Shown: piece by piece, positions 53,440-64,000 of the stretch | How the letters are laid out: every line of letters starts with the position of its first letter | Position numbering within the stretch: position 1 is the stretch's first letter | Source: Ophelia neglecta | Taxonomy: Eukaryota | Assembly: GCA_965285935.1 (NCBI GenBank) | Contig: OZ260666.1 | Location: 36,084,001 to 36,148,000 of the forward strand | Length of the DNA stretch: 64,000 nucleotides | Direction: 5' to 3' | Notes under the pieces: model-generated | Told to the model about the DNA's origin: nothing | Seen by the model: only the letters and a program-made list of their open reading frames with translations | Databases searched by the model: none | Program-made: the position numbers and the translations under genes

Positions 53440-56244
53440 TCACAGGCTGAGAACATAAGCTTTCCTTTTCTTGTATGCACCGAGTAAATCACGAACAAAT
53501 CTAGATGGAAAATAGAACAAATAAAGTTACAATGGGAAATTTATATATTTATATAATATTTATAACTATATATGGGCAAGATCGATGTTGTATAACAGTT
53601 GCAAAACAAAGTGTACGAACCCAATAAAATCAAAATCAATTGGGGATTTTTCAGCTTGTCCTAGTGCCCACAAAGCCGAAGAGAACATGAAAAACTGATA
53701 AATAAAATAAGAAATTATATTAATTCTTTTAATTTGCAAACCCAGAGAAAAAAAGAAAAAGATTTTACTTATTATTTGACTATATTAACACAACCGCCAT
53801 AGTTTACTATACAAATGTTTACCAATGCCATTTTGTTCTCTTCAATATACAATTCTTCTATTTCCGTTTGGGTAATTGCTGTTGCGTCTTTACCCTCGAA
53901 TTCATATTTGTACTCCAGAAACCAGCGAATCCATTTAAGTTGGTATTCTCTACTTGGGTACTTGCTTTCGTCAACAGCGAAACCAACTAACAAATTTAAA
54001 AACTATTAAAGTTTAAGAAAATATATACAATAAGGGGGAGGGGGCAGGGGCATTTTGAGAAATGCCCTTTATACATGAAAAAGCTTTATAAGTCACTTAA
54101 ACATGAAAAAGGACTTTATTTTGATATAGGAAATAGCTTCAGTATCTGTCTTACCTATTTACTTATTTATTCAGCTTCAACAATACATATTATTTGATCT
54201 CTTCTTTAAGGTCTATGTAGTATAAACTATACAATACTTCTCACTTGAAAATCCGGCGAAGAAAGCTCCAATGTCGAAGGAAGTTGGAAAAAACCGACCA
54301 TATTCCCAATCGATGAATTTTACACGATCTGAAAATAAATAATTGAATATTTGCATACATCAATTAGACACAACCTACACCGACGCTACAGAACATAAAA
54401 TGTATGACCTTTTATTATTTATATTCCAATATAGGCCTATTCTGTGTAATAATGCTACCCATTACCATTGGCTTTGTCGTAAATCATATTTTGAGGAACA
54501 GGGTCCATATGAGAGATACTAGTCGAAGAAGTTTGGATGGCATCCGCTAGTTCATGTAGTTCTCTGACCTCGTTCTCAAAGCTCCCTTTGTCCATTACCT
54601 CACTTACTAGTCTGATCAGTCAAAAATATGGAAAGAATATTATCCAGTGGGCCGTTTACTTAATAAAATAACCACTGTAGCTGAATGTTCTTTTGAAGGC
54701 AATCAAGGTTGCATGTTGCAAACCTGATTCATCATATTTTTATGCATTTACATTACATATTTTCTCAAATTATCTATTTTCACATTGCGGTGTACCTGAA
54801 ATTTTTCACCTCATCAGTTAGATTTTCCAGTAGGTTGCCATCGAACACACTTGCATAGCCTTCTGTCGTATTTTTGGGTGTCATGAACTGTTTTGCCCTG
54901 TCGCCTTCGCCTATTTCTTCTACGACTTTATTCCAATCATTTGAGCTGGCTTTTAATCTTGCCATTTCTTTGGCAACACACCTTTGTAACAGATAATGCC
55001 AATTAGAAAGCCAAAACAGTGTTTTATAGGAAGGACAACCAATTCATTCAGTAAAATTAACATGTTTGAATGAAATATGCCAATAGCATGATTGAAGAAA
55101 CAAAGCACACCTTGCTAAATGTTCATCGCCGATGGTGTCCTGATCCAGACAAATTCCGGGGTTGTATCTATAAGCCATGCCATTAGTAAACCTACAGTAT
55201 ACCGGCTCTCCACAACCCACGTGATGGAGAACCCTCATCATCAGGATCTCGTTGTCTCGGTCAACAAAGGAAGAGTCCTTTCCGTAAATTTTCATGAGCA
55301 CCATATCTTCTTCCTTTTCGTCGTCTTCCAACCGACATCCAAACAGTTTGTTCATTAACCCGCCATGCAATTCCTGTGATGAAAAGGTTTATTATGTCTA
55401 TTGTTCATATTGTGGATGTGAATTGGTTTTCTAAGTTTTTAACAGTTTTTGCCATCCTTCCCAAAGTGAAGCCTTTTTTTTCGTCGACTTTGCAACAGTG
55501 TCATTAGCCTTCATAGCATTAATCAAGAGTCAACGAGACACATGAGTGCAAAGCCCCTTTGCAATCCCGAGATAAAGTCATGGGCATAGGCCAAAAGTTG
55601 TAGCAGTTTTGTATCTCATCATTAAGTTGCTTGTCACAATCCAAAGAACACTATATGTGAAATACTGAGGGCAAAAGGTAATAGTGTCTGTAGAACAGTC
55701 ATTGGGTTAAATGTATTGACAAGTGTTATGTTTTGTTATGAGAATTTTGTAAATCTGGAGGTTAGCTTTGAACGCCAAAGCTGCAGTGACTTTCATAGCG
55801 TACATAGCATATTGAGGTCTGCTACTTCCGTTTCCGTTTCTTTAACTATCTCCATCCCTCCTCCCCCCCCCCACCCCACCCCACCCCACCCCTTCCCCTT
55901 CGGACACGAAACTTATATCTCTGCTATGCTTCGCTTCGCGGGATTACTAACGTTACATGGGTTTATATTAAAACACCCATGAGTTACACTAGAAGATCAA
56001 ATATCATAGCTGCAGCATTGGCAGTGTCGTATGCCTTAAGAGGCACATATTGCACATCTACGTACGAAGTGTACGCAAGCACGTAAAGTTGTCACCATTT
56101 CAAAAGAAAATAGTATGTTTCGTTTACCCTGAAGTGCAGATCTTTTGGAGCCCATGATGGTCTAACAACTTCCAGTATAGGCTGCACGTCCTTCTCAAAA
56201 CAATCTTCTCTAACTATCACATCCAACACGGCAAAGGTGGCCAT
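53440..56244 (-). CDS. ETNK1: Ethanolamine kinase-like protein (choline/ethanolamine kinase family), copy B, 364 aa, intact; divergent paralog
   Basis: Exons 56128-56244, 55111-55373, 54796-54981, 54466-54611, 54245-54328, 53823-53986, 53621-53694, 53440-53500 = 1095 nt with an open frame. Motifs GGLMNKL, VLMKIYG, VDRDNE, F.NGMAY, SHMDPVPQNMIY (Brenner), FIDWEY, YPSREYQLKW, LWALGQ. The symbol indicates the family, not orthology. Confidence 0.92.
55524..55950. mobile_element. Probable repeat-element insertion in intron 1 of copy B
   Basis: Homology with intron 1 of copy A stops after tagccttcatagcattaat and resumes near 56000; intron 1 is about 340 bp longer in B. Family not determined and boundaries approximate. 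Confidence 0.4.
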
Positions 56245-56413
56245 ACTGATTATGCCGGTTCGATCTAAATTTAGTATGCCTATTGTGAATAGTAGCTGCA
56301 ACACATCAAGGAAGCGATCATTATTAATTCCATACATTTGACTAGATGGAGTCACCGGTGTTTTTCAACTGCACATTATTCTCGATAGGGATTCGATGAA
56401 GTCTTCCTACTTA

Positions 56414-56716
56414 GGGTTCGAGCATTTGATAATGTAGGGGGGAGGGGGGAGAGAGAATTTTTTTTCAAAACATTTTTTTGCCTCCTCCAAAACTATCTTT
56501 TTCTTTCCTCATAATTCCCCTGCAAACATTTTTTTTCTTTTAGGTCTTTTATAATAATTTTTAGCCATTTGGTGTATTTTTTCGCAATGTGCAAGACAAA
56601 CATTTTTTTTCTTAAATAGTGTGACAAACTTTTTTTTGGCCAGAGCTGGCCAACAAACTTTTTTTCTAAATTTTTCTCATCCCCCCCCCCCCCTACATTA
56701 TCAAATGGGCGGCCCC
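56414..56716. mobile_element. Harbinger-type MITE upstream of copy B
   Basis: TIR core catttgataatgtagggggg / cccccctacattatcaaatg; TTA TSD at 56411-56413 and 56717-56719; T-rich interior; absent at the homologous site upstream of copy C (about 50810). Confidence 0.82.
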
Positions 56717-58047
56717 TTAATATTATCTTGTCGTTTGGTATAGCTTCATTTAAAACCTGCTCAAGCTGAACTGTCAGAGATCACGACTCTAAATAAACAA
56801 ATGGTGATCCTTAAATATAACGAGATGACTTTGCAATTGTGCAGTTGCTATTATGCTCTTGACACACTTTTACAGCATTTGAGCGGTTATCACGTGATGC
56901 AAATCGTTAACTTTGCAATTGAATCTAGGTTTCCGCATGCGATGACCAAAGATTCATAGAATTTTCTCTTTATTTCGATCCCCCATTAGAATTGTGATAA
57001 GTTTCTCCAGACGGTGCGATGGTTAATATCATAAATATGTCAGCAAAAAATAAGCTCTGATAACCAAAGATGGCCCTTTTTATCAGTTAGTCCAATTTGT
57101 GCCATTACAATAAAAACACGGCTTGTTATGTGCCTAGCTACACAGCGACTCTATTACCAGCGTATTGTGCTCGGACGTTTTTATTGCCTGTGAACTTCAA
57201 TCAGGTCTTTCATAAAACTTTTCAACAAAATGATTTTTGTTTCACATGAATCGTGAAAAGGGTTCCTTTATTACCATGACCTGGGTTCCCAATGACTCCC
57301 CTCCTTAAAAGGTACTAAGTTACATGCAATTATACCCTTTACAATTCATACTGTTTCTAAATATGTGTCAGGAGGACTATTTAAACAAACACAAAACATG
57401 GAAACTAGTCGCAATGAATATAAATCCTGTGCTATTGATTATGTGAGTGATATATGAGTGCCCATGCAGTTAATGTCACATTTAACCCCATCATCTTGGC
57501 AGGCTTCATTATTTAAAGATGGGCTAAGGGACGAAGCAATAGATACAAGGGGGGGGGGAGGGGGCTTTGAGGAAAACAAAACATCGATAAACCATCATTC
57601 CAATAACTACATTCACAACTAAAAGAATGTAAATGAAAGGTTTCGTATTTCGGTCGAGTGTATCAAACACGGATCTTGATCCGAAGTATATTGACGTGGC
57701 AAATTTATTATTCGGTTGGTCAGCATTTTATTGGCTTTCCGTTTCCGTTGAGAATGAAGATTTATGGATAGTGAAGGCAAGTCCCATGTTTATACAAATG
57801 CTTATCGATTTGCCCGCAGCCAGTTATCAAGACAAATAAAACCTAAGTATAGTATTAACTGTAAAAAGTGTCTATATTTTACACAAAGAATACAGTTTTG
57901 GCCATTTTGGGCGAAAATTGCTGTGAGCTTAACGGAAACTCTGTTGAAAAAGTTTTTAGTTATGTACATGGTAAATTAATGAAAACACAGCAGCTTTAAC
58001 CTTTAAGATAATTTCTAGTTATAAGATTATCGAATATCCATTTATGT

Positions 58048-60501
58048 TCACAGGCTGAGAACATACGTTTTCCTGTTCTTGTACGCACGTAATAAATCAC
58101 GAAAAAATCTAGATGAAGAACAGAACAAAGTAAGTCATAAAACGGCAATTATCAATTTTAATTGCGCTATTTTTATAACTATAAATGGGCAAGATAGATG
58201 GAGTATAAACAGTTGCAAAAAACGTACGAACCCAATAAAATCATAATCAATTGAGGATTTTTCAGCTTGTCCTAGTGCCCACAAAGCCGAAGAGAAAATG
58301 AAGAACTGGAAGATAAAATTGATTAACATACTAGGTCGTCGAGGCGAACCCAAAGGAAAAATATTCCAGTTATTATTTGACTATGTTAACACAACCGCCA
58401 CAGTATACTATACAAATGCTTACCAATGCCATTATGTTCTCTTCAATATACAATTCTTCTATTTCCTTTTTGGTAATTGCTGTTGCGTCTTTTCCCTCGA
58501 ATTCATACTTGTACTCCAGAAACCAGCGAATCCATTTTAGTTGATATTCTCTACTTGGGTACTTGCTTTCGTCAACAGCGAATCCAACTAACACATTGAA
58601 AAACCAATAAAGCATAAGAAAATATATATATTAGTGGTGATGGGGGGGGGGGGGCATTTTGAATGAATTGCATGTAATTATTATCTGCTTTATACATGAA
58701 AAATGACTTGATTTTGAAATAAGAAATAGCGTCAGTAATTGTTTTACCCATTTACTCGGCCTCAATAGTACTAATTATTTTATATATTCATTAAGGTCTA
58801 TGTAGTATTATCCATCCAATAACTTCTCACTTGCAAATCCGGCGAAGAAAGCTCCTATGTCGAAGGAAATTGGAAAAAATCCACCAAATTCCCAATCGAT
58901 GAATGTCACACGATCTGGAATTAAAATAATAAATATTCACACAGAAAAAACCTTGCACAACGCATACCAAAGCTACAGTACATAAAAGGTAAGACCTTTT
59001 AATATTTAAATTACAATATGTTCTGTGTAATAATGCTATCCATTACCATTGGCTTTGTCGTAAATCATATTTTGAGGAACAAGGTCCATATGAGAGATAC
59101 TAGTCGAAGAAGTTTGAAAGGCATCCGCTATTTCCTGTAATTCGCTGACCTCTTTCTCAAAGCCCTCTTTGTCCATAACCTCACTTTCTAGTCTGATCAG
59201 TCAAATAGAAAGAAAGCATATTACGAACAATCCAGGGGTCAGTTTACTAGATAAAATAACCGCTTTAGCTGAATGCTTTTTCGAATGCTCTCCTGACGAA
59301 ATGCTCATGTTGGAAACCTGACTAATTTTAGAATGGCATGTTTGTGCATTTACATTTTTCACATTATCAAATTCCCATTACTGTGTACCTGGCTTTTCTC
59401 ATCTCATTAGTAAATTTTTCTAGAAGGTTTCCTCCGAACAAACTTGGATAGCCTTCTGTCGTATTTTTGGGTGTCATGAACTGTTTTGCCATGTCTCCTT
59501 CGCCTATTTCTTCTAGGACTTTATTCCAATCATTTGAGCTGGCTTTTAACCTTGCCATTTCTTTGGCAACACACCTTTGTAACAGATAATACCATTTAGA
59601 AGTCAAAATAGTGTTTTATAGGGAGGAAAATGATTCATTCACTAATATTAGCAATTCAGTTTGAATGAAATATGCCAATAGTATGATTGAAGAAACAAAG
59701 CACACCTGGCTAAATGTTCATCGCCGATGGTGCCCTGATCCAGACAAATTCCGGGGTTGTATCTGTAAGCCATACCATTAGTAATTCTACAGTAGACCGG
59801 CTCTCCACAACCCACGTGATGGAGAACCCTCATCGTCAGGATCTCGTTGTCTCGGTCAACAAAGGAAGAGTCCTTTCCGTAAATTTTCATGAGCACCATA
59901 TCGTTTTCCTTTTCGTCATCTTTTAACCGACATCCAACCAGTTTGTTCATTAACCCGCCATGTAATTCCTATAGTAATATTTTTTTTCTTATAATATATA
60001 CTGTGCAAGGTATGATTGCTCATGTGAATTGTTTTTTTGACTTCTTAAGTTTCTTGCCATCCTTCCCGATGTGAAGCCTTTTATTCGTTGAATTAGCAAC
60101 TGCATTACTATAGCCTTCACAGCTTTAATTCACAGTATATTGTTTTGAAAGTAGGGTGTCTTTTATCATGCGTTTATGTTTTAAAATAATGTATAAAGTT
60201 GTCCATTTACCGCCTGGAACCCCATCTATGGGACCATGCGATACATCAGGATATCAAATATTATACCTGTAGCATATAAGCACTGTGTTATGCCTTATAA
60301 GAGACAAAAATTGCACCGCTATCTCTCAAAACTATGTACGTAAAGATGACAACATATCAATAGAAAACAGTATGTTTCGTTTACCCTGAAGTGCAGATCT
60401 TTTGGAGTCCATGCGGGCCTGATAACATCCAGTATAAGCTGCACGTCCTTCTCATAACACTCCTCCCTAACTATTACATCCAATGTGGACAAGGCGGCCA
60501 T
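58048..60501 (-). CDS. ETNK1: Ethanolamine kinase-like protein, copy A, 364 aa, intact; divergent paralog
   Basis: Exons 60385-60501, 59706-59968, 59389-59574, 59047-59192, 58831-58914, 58424-58587, 58232-58305, 58048-58108. Same exon sizes as copy B, open frame, motifs SHMDLVPQNMIY and FIDWEF. The symbol indicates the family, not orthology. Confidence 0.92.
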
Positions 60502-60704
60502 ATTTTTTTCAAGTACTGTGGAAATTAACCATCGTTCGGCATTCACCTATTTCGCTTTTCTTATATGGACTAAATGTGAATGGGTCATACCAAAAGTTTA
60601 CCGCAGCGTGAAAGTTCATAATTGGGTTTATTCACCGTTATAGTTCCTGACATATACGGTTATATATGTGACCCACGCCGCTTGCTTAGACAGGCACGAC
60701 ACAA

Positions 60705-62402
60705 TTTCCCAGTCATTGAATTTTACACGATGTAGAATTTGGCAATAGATTTGCTACAATTTTTTGTATAAAACATTAAATTTAATGATCAAATGTTTTT
60801 CTGGTTACCATTGGCTTTAGGGTAAATAAAGTTTTGAGTAACAGGGACAAGATTAAATGGCTCTCCACATCCCAAGTGGTGGGGAACCCTCATTATCAGG
60901 ATTTCGATGTCTTTCCGTACATTTTTATGAACACCTTATCATTTTCCTGTTCGAAATTTTTGTACCTGACATTGAACCATATTATTCATCAGACCGACCT
61001 GCAATACCCATGATGCAAAATATATCAATTTACAAAGCAACAAAAGGCATGTATTGAGTATTTATAGGGGGATCCTAGTATAGAAATCTTAGATTATCTT
61101 GTTATAACCGGTTTGAAATCACACATGTAGTCCCGGGTTACGAAAAAGTCCCTGGTGGCAAAGAGCATATACAATAATTCCTATATATTGAAATGTATCC
61201 CCCGTAAGCAATAATTGTAATTAAAGGTAACGTTTCTGCTAACACAGGTGAGAAGGAATTGTTTCCACTACAGCTGACCACAGTATACTTGTTTGTACTG
61301 GGACTAGCATGTTATCTCAGCAATTTTTTGTTTGTGGCCCCGTAGGAGGGCGCTGGGGTGCTTATCTTAATCATACCAATGCATAATGACAAGCCGTTCA
61401 GCAGGTAAGTGATCCAAAACACCAGTTTTACAGCGGCCTTATTAAACAACATTCCGTAACATATGTAAGAATCCGAATAAAAAACATTGACAGTGAACCA
61501 GCTCGCGGACACATTTAGACACACTCTGGCTTGTTGATGTTGTTGTTGTTGTTGTTTTGGGCTTTACGTGGCTTTCAACACTTATGGTCATATCGCCACG
61601 GGGCCTATTTATATGAAAGGGGGCTAATGCCCTCTTTAGAGTGCTGGAGTATACCTGTAGTAGACACTAGACAGGGAACCCCATCCAATCACATTAAACT
61701 GACACCGGGTTGACCAGTCCTGATACTACCCCAGAAATACCGGGCGCCTGGCAGGGGAGCTAACCGTACCTATTTTTACGTCTTGGGTTTGACGCTATCG
61801 GGATTTGATCCCCGATCTACCACTTGCGAGTTGGACACCCTAACCACTCGGCCAAGCTTTGGTGGTCACTCTGGCTTGAAGCACACACTATATGTGTGGT
61901 CCGGTAAATAAACAACATGTAAACTTTACAAAACTGTTCGTGTCTGGCAGGTTACATGTGCTCTCAGAACACAGGTGGTGTAGGCTGGGTCAAAGAGTTG
62001 ATCTTATCCAGACAATGGACATACCAAGTTACTACAGTTCAGGCCTACAGACAACATGGCTGAATAAGAATTTGATTGTTTATGTTCAAAGACATTGACT
62101 AGGCCTTGGTAGGGTGTTCCATCATCGGGTCCACCTATAAATATATTTAAAAACCTTAAAGACAATATAGTAACAGATCGGCAAGGCTTGATATCATTGC
62201 TACTGACAAAATCCACGCGGTCGCTAGTGCTCTCATTGAATGATGTATGCACTAACAATTGAAAGCAGATGAGTTGGAATATGTGAACCCTGGCAGGCAC
62301 GTCCTTTGTAGGCCTAGATGGTCTCATAATAAGTATATGAAGCACGTCCGTTTCATAACACTCCTTTTAAACTACTCCATCTCACATCGCTATGGCGGCT
62401 AT
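60705..62402 (-). pseudogene. Heavily degraded ethanolamine kinase-like pseudogene (copy D)
   Basis: Exon 1 relic 62289-62402 (ATG>ATA, in-frame stops, ECYETDV retained). Exon 2 relic about 60858-61005 is joined directly to the 3' end of exon 4 (about 60805-60850). Start of exon 5 at about 60705-60731. Confidence 0.8.
61534..61866 (-). mobile_element. Full-length tRNA-derived SINE (core resembles the Meta-SINE domain)
   Basis: Minus strand: A box TGGCCGAGTGG, B-box-like GATCAAATCC, core gtcaaacccaagacgtaaaaataggtac, (CAA)n tail. 12-bp TSD cactctggcttg at 61522-61533 and 61867-61878. Family assignment from memory. Confidence 0.88.
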
Positions 62403-62649
62403 ATTGATGATGTCTGATTTTGGCTATGGCAAAGCTATCATGAAAGAGCACCAGCAACCTCTATGGTGCTTTCATTAACGTAGTAGTTAAAGTATTAGGA
62501 TATGTGCCTTCTTCGATATTAACCGCGACACCCGAACCGGCGAGTAGTTTATATCAACAAAGTCACGGACTTCCGTTTAAAACAGCTGTGAGATTAAACA
62601 TCACATTTGAGGGTATATGCCACATTACATGATATGTAAAAGTGGTACA

Positions 62650-64000
62650 ATTTGATTTGATTTGATTTCTTTATTCCTCCTTACTAGGAGAGTTACAAAT
62701 GAACAAAATTAATACGTTACTATGTACAATAATTCACACATGCCATAAAACAAAAGACAATTAAATTAAAGTATATTGGTGTACATTCGACACCGTTTGT
62801 ACAAACCATTTATCACATATCACATATTGAAGGACCATCACACTCAATTTGTACCTAAACTACTGCCAATGTCTTATGCACTGACAAGCTTGTTCTTATG
62901 AGCTTGGTATAAACTATAAATCTGAGAGGCGGCAGCGCTGGCCGACTCCCCATCTCCCGCCAGGAGCCATTGCATAATGTCTGGGAAGGACCTGGTGTGG
63001 CTAGGGATCAACCCGCGAATACCACTCCTGTCCACCTCCAACACAGGACACACTAACAGGAAATGCTTTGCATCTTCGACTTCAGAGCGACATAGTCTAC
63101 AGAGCCTTGCACCCCGTGGGATGTTCTCATATCGTCCCCTTGTCACTTCCAGATCCGAGTCCTCCAAAACCAGTTTCACCATGACTCGACACGCTGATAG
63201 CGCCGCGGGAAATTTCAAAGACAATTTCCACCATCTGCTCATTTCCAATGAACCCCCTATCTTCCAAAAGGTCTTTGCGCCAGGAAACACAAGGCAGGCT
63301 GCTCCGAGGTGTTGTCCCGTAGCGTAGGCAATGGCTTGTTTCACTTGCCGTTTCCACTGCACTTTGGAGGGGATAAATGGAGTCGTGTAGCAGCAGATGG
63401 GACAGCCGATCATCGATGAAATCGGACCCGAACTGGATGGTTTAGCTTGTCCCAAATCGTCTTCTATTACCCTGTATGTAACCATGGTTCGTAATTGGGA
63501 ACCAGGAGCGGCGCTCAACACACTATGTAGCAAGATTAACCGTAGGTAATCCAGCTCACACTCCAGTGACCACCATCCTAGTGTAGCATAGCTTAGCGGC
63601 CCAGCTATGTTTTCGGAGATATGCTGAAACCGTTTCCCGGCCTGTTTGTGAGCTCTCTCCAATCTATCAGTGTCGACCGAGCGAAGTTTAACCAGCTCAA
63701 GTCCGTACAGAAGACCAGGGGTCTACACTAACTTTTCTCAGCACTTGCCCTAAGGCCAAGTAGCACCAGGAAACTACTTGCCCGCACCACAGTATTACAG
63801 TCCCAAATATATTTCTACCTATAAAACATACAAGTTAACCAACATTTGGGGAATTTTAGCAGGTTGCCCGGCGGGAAGTTAGTAACTAAAATCTTTGTGC
63901 CCGCAAGCAGATTTGAGGTGCCCCGGGACGTCGGGCAATAGTTAGTGTAGACCCCTGAAGACTCGGCATGACAATACTCTTGTAAAGTTTACTGGCCACC
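62650..64000 (-). mobile_element. LINE 3' portion (RTE-X-like, C-terminal CCHC knuckle), continues beyond right edge
   Basis: ORF ending at 62874 with GRYENIPRGARLCRLCRSEVEDAKHFLLVCP. After removing the MITE, the upstream frame reads KLYKSIVMPSLLYGLEL. AATAAA at 62670-62675 and (ATCAA)n tail at 62650-62668. Confidence 0.85.
63716..63957. mobile_element. 242-bp MITE with perfect 18-bp TIR and 5-bp TSD, inserted in the LINE ORF
   Basis: TIR caggggtctacactaact at both ends; aagac duplicated at 63711-63715 and 63958-63962. Confidence 0.9.

Noticed and set aside
57050-57070. miR-9-like 12-nt match on the minus strand
   Set aside because: No complementary arm to form a precursor hairpin.
59225-59317. 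Conserved segment in kinase intron 3 as an extra exon
   Set aside because: Immediate in-frame stop in copy A, and exon 3 splices in phase to 59192; the similarity reflects shared ancestry.

Overview
AT-rich animal genomic DNA with spliceosomal GT-AG introns; the SINE/MITE repertoire suggests a marine invertebrate, probably a lophotrochozoan (inference). All reconstructed genes are on the minus strand. (1) An uncharacterised multi-pass membrane protein, at least 6 coding exons, 22-4371, running off the left edge. (2) A complete 7-exon, 428-aa secreted Cys-rich EB-module protein with a probable GPI signal (20813-26105). (3) A tandem array of four ethanolamine-kinase-like genes (47935-62402): two intact 8-exon 364-aa copies flanked by two pseudogenes. 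The copies keep the catalytic residues but have replaced several conserved substrate-pocket residues, which is the best candidate for new biology here. The rest is gene-poor sequence with nested Harbinger-type MITEs, Tc1/mariner-type MITEs, a tRNA-derived SINE, two LINE fragments, a 5-bp-TSD MITE and a GC-rich minisatellite. No CRISPR array, rRNA or true tRNA was found.
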